Source of the DNA: Octopus bimaculoides
Lineage: Eukaryota
DNA: 64,000 nucleotides
NCBI RefSeq assembly: GCF_001194135.2
Contig: NC_068998.1
Span: 26,420,030 to 26,484,029 of the forward strand
Direction of reading: 5' to 3'
Shown here: piece by piece, positions 12,514 to 25,399 of the stretch
Position numbering within the stretch: the stretch's first letter is position 1
Layout: every line of letters starts with the position of its first letter
Made by a program: the position numbers and the translations under genes
The notes under the pieces: generated by a model
Told to the model about the DNA's origin: nothing
The model's database searches: none
What the model saw: the letters and a program-made list of their open reading frames with translations, nothing else

Positions 12514-12648
12514 TGCAAATTTATTCAAGAATCCTTACAGATATAAATCTCTTTTACAAGCTGAAAGTGATTATCAAAAGTGCATTGATAATCAACTCCG
12601 GCTTGTAAATCAGTTTTATATCTATAAGGTTTCTTGAATAAATTTGCA
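12514..12648. repeat. Long hairpin: 64-bp inverted arms, 7-nt loop
   Basis: Arms 12514-12577 and 12585-12648 match at 55 of 64 positions by manual alignment; loop aagtgca. Confidence 0.9.
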
Positions 12649-12862
12649 TATTGGATTACTTCACTTCATATACGTGATAATTCTTGTGTTGAATATTTTG
12701 ATTAATTGTTGTCAATCTCCTGATCGTGGTTCAATGCAAGTCTGCGGGTGCACGTGACGTACCTATGCCCCCCCCCACCATATATATATATATATATATT
12801 ATAATACAGGGTATCTAAGAGATACCGCCACGCTGAAAAATAGCAGTCAAATTCTGACTCTA

Positions 12863-12981
12863 AAACCACAATAAATGTCCACATAGTACAAGGAGCGAAG
12901 ACGAAGACAAAATAAACCTGGTTTATTTTGTCTTCGTCTTCGTCTTCGCTCCTTGTACTATGTGGACATTTATTGTGGTTT
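12863..12981. repeat. Near-perfect palindrome running into an assembly gap
   Basis: Centre T at 12919; the arms differ only by one extra GAAGAC unit; the right arm ends at the first N (12982). Confidence 0.9.
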
Positions 12982-13388
12982 NNNNNNNNNNNNNNNNNNN
13001 NNNNNNNNNNNNNNNNNNNNNNNNNNNNNNNNNNNNNNNNNNNNNNNNNNNNNNNNNNNNNNNNNNNNNNNNNNNNNNNNNNNNNNNNNNNNNNNNNNNN
13101 NNNNNNNNNNNNNNNNNNNNNNNNNNNNNNNNNNNNNNNNNNNNNNNNNNNNNNNNNNNNNNNNNNNNNNNNNNNNNNNNNNNNNNNNNNNNNNNNNNNN
13201 NNNNNNNNNNNNNNNNNNNNNNNNNNNNNNNNNNNNNNNNNNNNNNNNNNNNNNNNNNNNNNNNNNNNNNNNNNNNNNNNNNNNNNNNNNNNNNNNNNNN
13301 NNNNNNNNNNNNNNNNNNNNNNNNNNNNNNNNNNNNNNNNNNNNNNNNNNNNNNNNNNNNNNNNNNNNNNNNNNNNNNNNNNNNNNNN

Positions 13389-13431
<43 letters not shown>

Positions 13432-13484
13432 CATACATATATATATATATGAGAGGTAAAGGAAAACAAAACCAAGGCAGAAAG

Positions 13485-14956
13485 GGTATCTTTTCTCCAT
13501 TGTAGCAATATCCTGATGGAATATCTCACCATATTCCTCAATCACTTGACCTACGTTTTCAGGTAAAAAGTCTAAATGCGAATGCAAAAGTGTACCTATA
13601 ATGACATTCTACAGCCTAAATTCTTATAACTCTCAATAAGTTTTGCTATGAGCTGCTTGTAGTTAGGGTTTTTATTATTATCAAGGAATCCATTGTCAAT
13701 ATCTCGAAATGCACCCCATGCCTCTCTTTCTAGATCGCTCATCACATTTTCAAGTTTTACTGACCTCAGCATTTTCCTTACTTGTGGTTCAGTAAATATA
13801 CCACCCTTAACTTCTGCCTTAGATAGCTTTGGAAAGAGTAGACGAATCTCTTGAAATGCTTTTCCGCCACAATCAAAAGCCTTTACAAACTGTTTGATTA
13901 AACCCAGCTTTATGTTATGTGGAAGTAACAACACTTTTGCAGGCTCTACAGGAGGTTGTCTTATAATATTTAGCTTTCCTGACTAGAGGTCATCTCGTGG
14001 GGGCCACTTAGCCTTCTGGTAATGTTCATGATCGGCCCTACAGTCCTATAGGCAAAATAAAACATGAATACTTAGGTACCCACCCTGTAATCCAAGTAAG
14101 AAGGCAAGCAATTTAAAGTCACCACAAACATCCCATTTAAACTTATCATAGTTTACTTTCACAAGATGTTTTACATGGTCATATTCTTCTTTCATCTTTA
14201 CCAAGTATGCAATAGGTAGAGGTGGATGTTGATTTCCATTGTGTAATAAAGCGGCTTTGTGGCTTTATTAGTCGCCATTATTCAGGGTTATGATTCCAAA
14301 AGCTGTAAACAAGCCATTTATATCTTTACAGCAGCTGAGCTCCTCACTTATGACAAAGTATACTTCGAATTCTTCATGGCGCCTACTGTATACTGTTAAT
14401 CTGCAGTCCTTCCCCAAGCGATTCCATTCATTCAGCCTGGATGCTAAAAGCTCAGCTCCTGACTTAGTGAAACCCAAGTCTCTAATGAGTTCATCCAGTT
14501 AACGTTGATTTGGAAAGTGTGGGCAGGTACTTGTTACTGGCTCAAATGTTTCATCCATTTCTTCGCTGTCGCCACCTTCAGACTCTCCTACTGAGATCTC
14601 CATCATATCCTCTACCTGAAAAATTTAAAAGGTTGCATTTATTTGATATACCAACCATACAAAAATAGCAACCATCGTAATGATTTTTTGGCTCTCCAAA
14701 TTCGCGGAGCAGGAGAAGGCATTGCTTTTCCTACACCTCTAAGCCATCCATCCAAATTTGATCTACAAGTTTCACATATAACATGAGGGTCCCATGGTTT
14801 TCCTCGGTCACCCATACTTGTTCCAAAATACAGTCTATAAGCAATCCAGTACTAAGCACCTTTCACAATTTTATATGCTTCATGCTTTCTTCCAACATGG
14901 TATCCACACACATAACAGAATATATCTGGTGAATTTCTGCATCTCCTTGAAGCCAT
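13485..14956 (-). pseudogene. Chapaev3-like transposase pseudogene
   Basis: MASRRCRNSPDIFCYVCG...PWDPHVICETC...DGCYFC (Cys-rich N-terminus); ELLASRLNEWN; LLHNGN; WDVCGDFK; LLPHNIKLGLIKQFVKA; GCRMSL; HSHLDFLPEN...FHQDIATMEKRY. Multiple stops and frameshifts. Confidence 0.88.
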
Positions 14957-15384
14957 GGCCAGGAAAATTCAATGTTTATAATAAAAACCTAAAAACGAAA
15001 GAATGTAAGTTACAAATGTACAGTGCTCGTGATCAAACAGTGATCAAACAGGTATAGCTCCAAAACCAAATGAACGCCGGACAAAAGACGGTAAGATGGG
15101 AGACAAAAGCGCAACACTTCCTTTCACTAGCTATGGTAGCCACGAGAGCACTGAGGCGTCTCTGTTAAGTGTGTTCTGTATAGCAGAAGGCGGTGATGAC
15201 ACTGCCTTTTCACTAAAACATTACAATACTTTTATATAAATAATTGAAGTAAAATATAAACTTTAGGAATGAATGATTTGTTTGTAGAGTAGAAAAATAT
15301 GATTCACAACAAGAGTTACGTCACGCAGCAGCTGTGATCAAGTGCTGTTAGAGCTTTTGTTTACACAGGCAGTTGCCAGATATG

Positions 15385-15500
15385 TGTATATGATAAAACG
15401 TGATGTATGAGGATATGTATGATGTATGATGTATGTATGATGTATAACGTATAATGATATGTATGATGTATGATGATATGCGATGTATGATATGTGTATA
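15385..15500. repeat. Degenerate (GATGTAT)n repeat inside the transposon 5' region
   Basis: Direct reading. Confidence 0.7.
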
Positions 15501-16069
15501 TCATTATATTTCGATATATCTCGCAAACGGTCGATGGTAGAGAAAAAATAAACACATTTTTGGAATCAGCACAAATTTCTGCATTAAAATCACTCAAAAT
15601 AATAAGACAACCCAAATTTTTTGAAAATTTGTAACCCAGTGTTATCGAACGATAGGGGTGGGGTGGTGGGGGGGGGGCATTTTATTTTTTTTTTTTTTTT
15701 TTTTTGCATGCATTATAGGGCTATTATCTATTGAATTTTCGTTTTTTCCAAAATCTCTGACGCTGCAGAGTAAAGTTTTTTTTGTATAGTAGAGTAAATC
15801 TAACAGCGTCAAATTGAACACTTGTACAAGCGTTCTTATCGATGTTATTCTCTTAGTATCGATAAGTACAGCAACAGATTTATCCAGGACACTCTTCAAA
15901 CACACACATATTTACCCGCATAGACAACAACATGGCAGTTCTAAGCAATATGGAACCAAGGGATAAGCCCCGCTTTCCCAGGAATTACCGGGTACATCAG
16001 CTGGTATATATATATATATATATATATNNNNNNNNNNNNNNNNNNNNNNNNNNNNNNNNNNNNNNNNNN

Positions 16070-16120
<51 letters not shown>

Positions 16121-16452
16121 ACGTATACAAAAAGTTATTTATAAAACATATTTCTTTGAGCTGAATCATAACTCTGTTTTCAAAACAGATTTTGTAAATT
16201 TGAACAGTCTCCTAATATTTTTGTCTGAAAGTAGGACGACAGGTCAGGTAAATTCTCCCTCTTTTATTTTGTTGCTTCATTTGCGTTTCATGCACTCACC
16301 GGTTTCCGTACTGTACAGTATATAATTAGAACGAGCAAGTGCCACTGAGCAAGGTATCATGTGATCATTGTTTTCTTCAACCATTTGACTTCCAGAAACA
16401 CATTGTACATGAAACTGAACACTTACATAATACATTTGAATGTATGTGTGTA

Positions 16453-16516
16453 TACTCTTTTACTCTTTACTCTTTTACTTGTTTCAGTTATTTGATTGTG
16501 ACCATGCTGGAGCATG
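16453..16516 (-). mobile_element. SINE family B, 3' tip
   Basis: cttttacttgtttcagttatttgattgtgaccatgctggagca. Confidence 0.75.
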
Positions 16517-16517
16517 T

Positions 16518-16608
<91 letters not shown>

Positions 16609-17892
16609 AGTACAACATTCTGTAATTGTTTGAACATTCGAGTATGCATTTATAATCAGGAACTATTGTAGTTAGCAAAAAATATAAATATATCAAAAAT
16701 AATCTTGCGAAAAAGAATACTTCATAACTCAACTTTTCTATTAAGAATTTCACAAGAGAATCTGTGGAGGGCTTTGCTAATAGGTAAACACTTAAAAATC
16801 GACAGATACAACACAAACGAAATTAACTATGAAAGGTCTTGTTATTTACGTATATCGATTATACTGGAAATTTCTACATCGATATTGTTGTACTTACTAA
16901 TCAAAAATATTGCAGCTTTTAAAGACTTATAATTGTTTCATTCTTTAATTCTAACCAATCAGTTTTATCCATTCTGAGAATTATATCCAACAGACGATGT
17001 TATTTCTATTCGTATCCTTAAAAACTATTTTGGGATTAGCATTGGGATCTTTGGGTTAGGATTTTACGGTCTGGGTGTAGAACGAGGATTGGATTTAGGA
17101 GTTGAGGTTGGAGTTTAGATTTAGGATCTGTATTTGCAAATTTTCATTACAAACGTTAAATATGTTGCTTTGTTTCGTTTTCTTACGTTAATTATTTTCA
17201 TATTTAACGGTTTTGTAGCATCTTTATTTATAATTTCTAAGTAGAAAATAATGTTTTCATCAGTTAAAACCTTTAAAAATGACATTTTTATTATAAATTT
17301 CTCAAAAAATAACATTGCATCTTGCAAACCAAGAAGTTAATGCGTTTCTTAACATAGCGGTGGCATATGGAGGATGGACGAATCTGATTGGCTAAATTAC
17401 AATAAACTTCAACATTAACGATTCACTTTTAATGTTGATGTTTCTAAAAATAAAAAAAAAACATGTTGTATATCATAAAATAATTACATTTGTATAGAAA
17501 TTTTCAATAGAATCGTAACTGGCATATCATAACGAAAAGATCCGCCGTACAAATTGGCAAAATTAACCGTTTAATAATTCTTAAATCCGAAGTTGAAAAC
17601 AAGATAATTCACCAGTAATGCCTTAATTCGTTTAAGAAAAAAGTATAATACTGAAAAACATGCCATTCTCATAATCTCATTCTAAGAATGACGCTGAGAC
17701 AATTTCAAATTTAATGTTTCAAAGTGAACATTAGGAGCGAAGAAGGAAAGATGAAACATTCTTTAAGAAAGATGAACGGTTTTAAATAGCCGTCTTTAAT
17801 GCGCGCGCACACGCACGCACGCGCGCGCACGCGTAAATATATATATAGATAGATAGGTAGATAGATAGATAGATAGAAAGATAGATAGATAG

Positions 17893-18045
17893 ATACATTT
17901 TAACTTTTAATAGTTCAAGTCATTGTGTGGCAGCCATGCTGTAGCTCTGCCTTAAAGAATTTTAGTCAAACAAATCAACCCTTGTATTTACATTCTGTAA
18001 GCCTGGTACTATTCTATCTGTCTCTTACAGCGAACTTCTCAGATA
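17893..18045 (-). mobile_element. SINE family B, 3' part (diverged)
   Basis: agtcattgtgtggcagccatgct...ttttagtcaaacaaatcaaccc...agcctggtactattctatc. Confidence 0.7.
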
Positions 18046-18296
18046 CATTTGCAGAATGCATGATACAATATATATATTTATAGATACATACATATACATA
18101 TATATAAACAAGTGGCTGTCGGGCTCATTTTCTTTCGATTTCATTCTAAACTCTTCTGTAGCATGCCTGTGAGCTAAATACTTTTAGGATGTCTTCTTAT
18201 ACAATGCCAATCGCCGTATATGTTACATATTTAACAGCAGACACAATGTTAGCGTGCTTAAATAAGTCTCGGCTTCATCTACAGCGAGTATTACAC

Positions 18297-18342
<46 letters not shown>

Positions 18343-19369
18343 TGTGCGCGAGTGCGTGTGTGCATGTCTGTATGTGTGTGTATGCATATACATATACGCA
18401 TTGATCAGTATGTAAACACGTGTTTCCATATATACACAGGGTCACACAATTGTGTGTGTGTGTGTGTACGTGTGTGTGTATGCGCGTGTGCGTGTGAGGT
18501 GGTGTAAATATGTGTGTATATATATATACATGCATACATGCATTGATTTCTTTGCGTATTTGTATGACAGTTTTACATAAACGCACGCAAATACTATGCA
18601 CGTTTCGATAGTTCTAACATGCTAAAATAAGCTGATATAAATATAAATCTTACTGTTTGAAATAGACATATGACGTAAAATTTTCGCAAAGATTATATTT
18701 TGATTAAATCAGCGCCAATAACTGACTGGCTCTCATTCTGCTTATTAAATATAATATTGAACTCAGAACGCAACAGCATAGAGGCAAATAATGCAATGCA
18801 TTTTGTCTAATTTCTGTCCCTATACCAGCTTTATTCTTATATATTAGCAGATCATCAACTCTGTATCCTCTGGGAGAGTTGGACTCTTATATAGAAAATT
18901 TATAAACTATTTCGACGCTTTCAAAGACTCCGATAGTTGTTAATATGCTAAATTTTTTCCATTTGATATATTTGTGTTTTGAATGTCACTTTTTATATAT
19001 CACACATTTATGTGTGATATTCGTTGTTTATTGTTATTATCGACTTCTTACTTAAGAATAAGTCACTTAATACTCAAGACAATGATGCTGTATGACGTTT
19101 GTGCGTTTCTCAATGCCATTAGCAATGTAATTGAACTGGATTGTCTTCAGCGGTTAATCCAAATTACTTGATACATTTCGAAGAATATAAGTATCATAAA
19201 TTGGCAGATGTTGGTGAATGCTTTACAATGTTTAGTAGCCGAGTTGATATCTATCTCATCAGTGAGATTTTAATTTTCAGATGAAGCCATTTCGCACTAC
19301 TTCTCGCCTCCAATGTCCTTCAAAATAGAATTAACATCGCGTAATTTCATTCTTTGCTTTATATATTTC

Positions 19370-19800
19370 TAATTAGTAGATATATTTTTTCGTCTCCGAT
19401 AAGCTGTTGACCCTCTACAAAGCTCAAGAGATACCAATTATGAAGTATTATTCACGCATCTGGTATGGTGATTTTACAACACACATACAAACATCTTAGA
19501 CTGCATCCAAAAGTAGTTTATGATTGATTTACAAAGACTAACTCAGCAACACTCCACAACATTTGGAACACAGACGCATTGTCTTTTTACAATGCCTATT
19601 CCATCGGCGGCTGTTTTTCTGCACAAGTTCAGAGTAGATCTCCTCCACCCACTTCCACTTTGTACGTATACTACTCCCCTTTGTGCTGATTCTACTGTAT
19701 TTTCCCATCAATCATTGCACTAATACATTCTTACAATTTTTTCTCCTCAGAATATCAACTCCAACAACAAAACATTATTTTGCATGTAAAATATTCTTGA
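19370..19800 (+). mobile_element. Old LINE 3' fragment (CR1/L2/Jockey-like post-RT region)
   Basis: Translates to LLTLYKAQEIPIMKYYSRIWYG and LEHRRIV, resembling the LYKAQ.RP.MEYCSHIW and L.HRR motifs; many stops. Confidence 0.55.
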
Positions 19801-20894
19801 TTAACTATATAAGCTGTAACCATACAAGTTTCCAATACAGTTAACATTCTTTTGAAAATGACAAATGTAAGATACCGTTTCACAATTGTAATATAAGTCA
19901 TCTTTGGAGTATACACTGCAGCTTTCCGGGGAATAATTTTACTAAATAATTATTAGAGCCAACAAGGAAGCTTCTACATGTGGCTCAGCATATCTCTTAT
20001 AAATAGCAGTCAAATCACGATCTATAGTCTTCAGAGAGTCAAAACGTATCGGACAATATATTCCTAAATATTTTCCTAAATATTTTCTTGTCTGAAAACC
20101 CGTTTGATCATTGATCAGCTCAATCGAGTTGACCTGGGGTTAAATATAATAACTTATATTTCACAACAGGGAAAAATACAAGATGCAAATTTACAGAACA
20201 AACGTTAGAAACATGAACTGTATTATTTTACAAAGAAGAAGCAGCGTCTAACCATAGAGATGATAGGTATGAGACAGAAGTGACATGACAGAAATAATAG
20301 GGTGACGGAGCAAACTACCAACTTAATTACATTTTTTTAATGTTTAAATCCTTCCGGAGTCAACTTTACCTTTTGCTTCTTTGAGGTCAATAATATAATT
20401 ACCAATGATCTTTGTCTATAAATTTGTGCATTGATCTAGTGAGAAAAATCGATATCTAATCCCCCAAAATCAATTAAAATATCAATACGCTGAAGAAATG
20501 TAAGGTATAAAATATTTCATCTAGTTCCTGTCAGTTGATATTCATATTACAGGCAATCCTACGTAAGATGTGTAATATGACAATGCAACGTTAGAATACA
20601 ACACTGAATGAAAAAAATGTGTTTGGTCTTAACACTATTTTCAACATCAAAAATAACCTCAGTTAGGATAAATGCGTCGATTGGGAAAATATTAGATGTT
20701 TGTTCCTCTTAATATCTTAATCTTTGTCCTAGCAAGTAGGAGAGAGAATTCCAAATGTTTCTAAACCAGCGGAAATATATCTTTTGCCATTGCTTACTGG
20801 CAGCATAGTAAGTAGCTTAATATATGCCTTACCTTGGGCTCTCAAATCTGACAATAGCTTGAAAGAAAGATAGAGTGAGAGAAAGAGAAGGATA

Positions 20895-21030
20895 AACCCT
20901 AGTATAAAACTGGTACTTTATATTTCAATCTCGGAAGGATGAATGTCAAATTTGACCTTGGATGGATTTGAACTACAGCGCAAAGAATCGGAATGATTAC
21001 CGCAGAGCGTTCCTTTCGATGTTCTAAATA
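20895..21030 (-). mobile_element. SINE family A, diverged
   Basis: actggtactttat...gaaggatgaatgtcaaatttgaccttgg..atttgaact. Confidence 0.6.
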
Positions 21031-22039
21031 AAAGCTCAGCCAATTGGCCACTTCAGTTTAATATAGAAATATTCATTAAAATATCAAGTGACGCCGAAAA
21101 ATGAGATTAATTTAAAATTAATTGTAAATGGGTGCTAATCACATATTTAAATAATAAGAAATGTGAGTTTGATTATTTCTAATGTTTTCAACATTCAGAA
21201 ACAACCACAGTTTATTTCGGAACGGTGATTAGAGAACATGTTATGGATTAGCTAGTTAATAAATGGAAGAGGGGTAATAAGTATATATGAATTTGGCAGA
21301 ACTTTCCAAACTAGCGAACTCGAAGTGCTGCTGTTACCAAATCTTAAAATATGCCGAACAAAAAATATAGAACTGGTTAAAATACTTAAAGCAGAGTGAA
21401 CTCCACTAATAGCAAACTAGAATCTGGAGGTGTTTTAAAACAGGGTGACGTGTCTGATGAAAATGTTTCATTATTATGGAACTTCGAGTAGTACTTAGGA
21501 GTAATTTAATGCTTAAACTCCCTAAAGGTGGTTATTTTACTGGAGAAAATATAAGGATGAACTCTAGTGCTGTTAAGGCTAGTAACAGTCTGCAGCTGCC
21601 AGTAGCTGGTTGGATGTGTATTGTACTGGCGTGCATATAATTTTGTTGTACAGTCTCGACTACACTAATGCCATTGTTTCTCCTCTCGTGTTATTGTTCT
21701 TTTTGCTTTTACCAGGATCTTTTGTAGGCCGTCTCACCTAATAACGACCTTTGCAAGTAATATTAGATGTTGTAGTATGGCGACTGGTGAGGTTTAGCGA
21801 TCTAATGTCAGCTATGGCAATGGGTTTTATGTTATTTGGTTGTAATTTTCACTAGTTACGGTCACGCGCTATTTGCTTCTCATTTTTTGGTATCTACATA
21901 CCGGATGCAACGCGTTATGGATATTATAAACGTTAACCATAGCTTAGTCTTCCCTGATTTATCAGCTTGCAACCGTTTATTTAAAGACCACCCCTCACTA
22001 CCATTATATTGTAATGTATCATTGCAATGTGAATGTCGT

Positions 22040-22749
22040 AGGTAAAGTTTTACCTGACATACTAAATGAGAGAATAAAGTGAGCGAGGGATACGAAAAAA
22101 ATCGAATGCATGTGGCAGAAAGAGAGAGAGAGAAATTTAATGACAAAAACATGCAGTGAGTGGGAGGAAAAAGTGGGGTTAAGTGAGGAGGAGAACGAGA
22201 AGGGAATATAAATCTTTATAGGAAATTGATAGAACAGAAACTGAGAACAGAAAAAGAATGTAAAGGTAATGTAGTGTAGTCCTTGTGAGCTGAGGGAGAG
22301 AAATATACGTAGATGTGAGTGTCTGTGAGCGTTGTAAAGTTGAAGAGAAAAGGAAAGAGGAGGAAGGAATAAATAGGACAAGGAAAGACGGGAAAAGAGA
22401 GATCTAAAGAAATATGCGATAGTTGTGGTAAGAGGAGAGAATTAGAGAAAAGAAGGAAGAAAGAGAAATAGAAAGACACTCAGAGGCAGAGAGATTAAAA
22501 GCAAGGCCTTCACAGATAAAAAAAAAAACAAGAGAGAGAGAGAGAGAGGAGGTGTGTGTAGATGAGAAACAGAGAGGAGAAATGAAAGAGAGATAGCAAT
22601 TAAGACTAAAACAAACAAAAAAATATACATGAAAAGAAATATGTGTAAATGGAGACTGGAGACAGAAGCAAAAATAACACAAAAGGAAAACGAACAAGGA
22701 AACAAAACAAAACTAAATGATACGTAAGAGAAGAGAATGTAAAAAGAGG

Positions 22750-22750
<1 letters not shown>
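22040..22750. repeat. Purine-rich (GA/A) low-complexity tract
   Basis: Strong strand asymmetry; the minus-strand ORFs are S/L/F-rich artefacts. Confidence 0.75.
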
Positions 22751-22800
<50 letters not shown>

Positions 22801-22896
22801 NNNNNNNNNNNNNNNNNNNNNNNNNNNNNNNNNNNNNNNNNNNNNNNNNNNNNNNNNNNNNNNNNNNNNNNNNNNNNNNNNNNNNNNNNNNNNNNN

Positions 22897-22947
<51 letters not shown>

Positions 22948-23149
22948 GTGAAAGAGAAAGAGAATGTGAGTGCATGCGCTTGTAAATGTAAAAAAGGCAA
23001 ATTGTTTAAGTAGATAATAGCGTTGTAGTAAAGTTGAAGTTTGTCGTTATTGTATGACGCCCAGGGTAATTACTAGCACAGAGTGATAATTATCATGGAG
23101 ACTTGTGCAACTATTGCGACACTAAAATCTAATAAGTCAGTCACCATCG

Positions 23150-23510
23150 TTATTAACGGTCAGTGACTATAATCATTGTTGCACGGTTGCAGGAATGGTC
23201 TGCTGCACAATTAATTGTACAGTCGTAGGGACAGTACGGTTGTATGCTTGTACAGTTATAACTTACTTTTAGTTAACTGTACCGCCGTGGAGTTGTAAAG
23301 GTGTATAACCGGTCAACTGTACGGTTATATAATTGTACATTTGCACAGTTGATCAAATAGTAAGGTTGGTGGTCAGGTCAACTGTACTATTCCATTGTGA
23401 TAAGTTTGTAAAGCTGGATGACTGTACGGTTTTATAGCTGTAAGGTTGTACAGTAGGTCAACGGTAGTATTGTATAGCTGTAAGGCAATCCATCTAGTAA
23501 ATTATACGGC
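23150..23510. repeat. Degenerate minisatellite built on TGTAC(A/G)GT / ACTGTACGG
   Basis: Recurring tgtacagt, actgtacggtt and ggtcaactgtac motifs. Confidence 0.6.
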
Positions 23511-23644
23511 TTTATAGTTGTAAAACAGTGCAGTGGTCGTATGTTTTGCTGATTGCAGCCAGTATTTGGGTAAAGAGATTGAGACAATAAAGTAATTTGA
23601 CTGATTTTATATTACTAAGAAACGAAGCGAAAGAAACATCAGCA

Positions 23645-23711
23645 GCTGAGCCCGTAGTAGTAGTGGTGACAGTAGCAGCAACAACAGCAACAGCAGCGAT
23701 AGTACTACTAC

Positions 23712-23771
<60 letters not shown>

Positions 23772-24045
23772 CAACAGCAGTAGTAGCAACAGCAGTAGTA
23801 GTAATACTAGTAGTAGTAGCAGCAGCGGCATTAGTAGTAGTAATAGTTGTAGTAGTAGTTGCAGTAGCGGCAGTAGCAGCAGTAGTAATAGTAGTAGTAG
23901 CAGCAGCAGCAGTAATAGTAGTAGTAGCAGCATTAGTAGGAATTATAGTAGTAGTAGTAGCAGCAGCAGTAGTAATAGTAGTAAAGCAGCGCACCAGCAG
24001 TAATAGTAGTAGTAGTAGTAGCAGCAGCAGCATTAGTAGGAATTA

Positions 24046-24087
<42 letters not shown>

Positions 24088-24088
24088 C
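23645..24088. repeat. (AGT)n/(AGC)n triplet mosaic
   Basis: Direct reading; gives poly-T/A/V/L ORFs. Confidence 0.9.
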
Positions 24089-24090
24089 GA

Positions 24091-24212
24091 TTTCAAATGT
24101 TGGCTTAAGGCCAGTAAGTTCTTGGAGAGGGGTAAGTCGATTGCATCGACCCTAGTGCTCAACTGATTATTCACCCCCGAAAGGATGAAAGGTAAAGTCG
24201 ATCACGGCGGAA
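24091..24212 (-). mobile_element. SINE family A, 3' half
   Basis: tttcaaatgttggcttaaggcc...aaaggatgaaaggtaaagtcga.cacggcggaat. Confidence 0.8.
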
Positions 24213-24540
24213 TAATGATGATGTTGATGAAGAAGAAGAAGAAGAAGAAGGAGAAGATGATGATGATGATGATAAATAAATTTTTAAAAAACCAGATTAT
24301 ATGAATAAAAATAAAAAACAAGCATCATTTCGTAATTTAAATTCTTTGAAGTTTAGTTGAGGTTGAAAATGAAAGTTTCTTAGAATTGTTGGAATTATTT
24401 TTAATCAATTCCAAAAGAGACGACAGAATGGTTTTGGTATCAATCTAACGGGGGGGGGGGATGCGGGAGCCGACGAAGCAGTTGTGGTGATGGTGGTGAT
24501 AGTGGCGATGGTGGGTCGATGGCTGTGTATGTGCGTATGC

Positions 24541-24574
<34 letters not shown>

Positions 24575-24909
24575 GGTAGGATTCGGTGAGTGCGGTGGGG
24601 ATTCGGTGCGAGGAGGTATTTTCTAAATGTCAATGTACTCGAGTCGTTGAGGTGTGTTGTTTCCGTTGAAGTTAACACGAAACGTTTGATAAATAATATA
24701 ATTAAAGCTGCTTCTTTGAAAACTCAGGCTCAGACCACGAAAAGCGTTTATATATTAACGAGATAATTATGATTAAGGAGTTTAATTAACACGGGCATGC
24801 GTGAAGTGGCTGCAAATAAATTGCTTTGCTACGTTAATCAGAAAGTATTCATTAGAGTCCAGCAAATGAATACAGCTCACTCTAGTAAATAACTTCTGAT
24901 GAGTTTCTT

Positions 24910-25288
24910 TAACTGTTGTTGTTGCTACTGCTGTCGAGGTGGTGGTGGTGGTGGTGGTAAGAATGGTGATATTGGTAGTGGTTGTGGTTGTGATGGCGGT
25001 GTCGATGGAGGGGACGGAGGCGGGAGTGATGGTCTTGGTGGTGGTGGTGGNNNNNNNNNNNNNNNNNNNNNNNNNNNNNNNNNNNNNNNNNNNNNNNNNN
25101 NNNNNNNNNNNNNNNNNNNNNNNNNNNNNNNNNNNNNNNNNNNNNNNNNNTAGTAGTAGTAGTAGTTGTTGTTGTAGTAGTAGTAGTAGCAGCAGCAGCA
25201 TTAGTAGTAGTAGTAGTAGTTGTTGTTGTAGTAGTAGTAGTAGCAGCAGCATTAGTAGTAGTAGTAGTAGTAGTAGTAGCAGCAGCAT

Positions 25289-25321
<33 letters not shown>

Positions 25322-25345
25322 CAGCAGCAGCAGCAGCAGCAGCAT

Positions 25346-25381
<36 letters not shown>

Positions 25382-25382
25382 G
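24910..25382. repeat. (GGT)n/(AGT)n/(AGC)n triplet array with gap 25051-25150
   Basis: Direct reading. Confidence 0.9.
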
Positions 25383-25399
25383 AACTGCTGCGATGCCAC

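Larger units (their letters stand above)
13485..15641 (-). mobile_element. Chapaev3-like (CMC superfamily) DNA transposon, 3'-truncated
   Basis: Terminus CACTGGGTTACAAATTTTCAAAAAATTTGGG starts at 15641 on the minus strand, flanked by TTA (15642-15644, TWA-type target); internal transposase motifs present. The second terminus is not visible. Confidence 0.8.

Noticed and set aside
15950-16006. Minus-strand ctgatgta-cccgg..ctgggaaa hammerhead-like string
   Set aside because: The core has an extra base (CTGATGTA) and stem I cannot pair; better explained as a Helentron-like end.
19235-19270. Minus-strand CTGATGA-gata/tatc motif
   Set aside because: No GAAA follows the stem.
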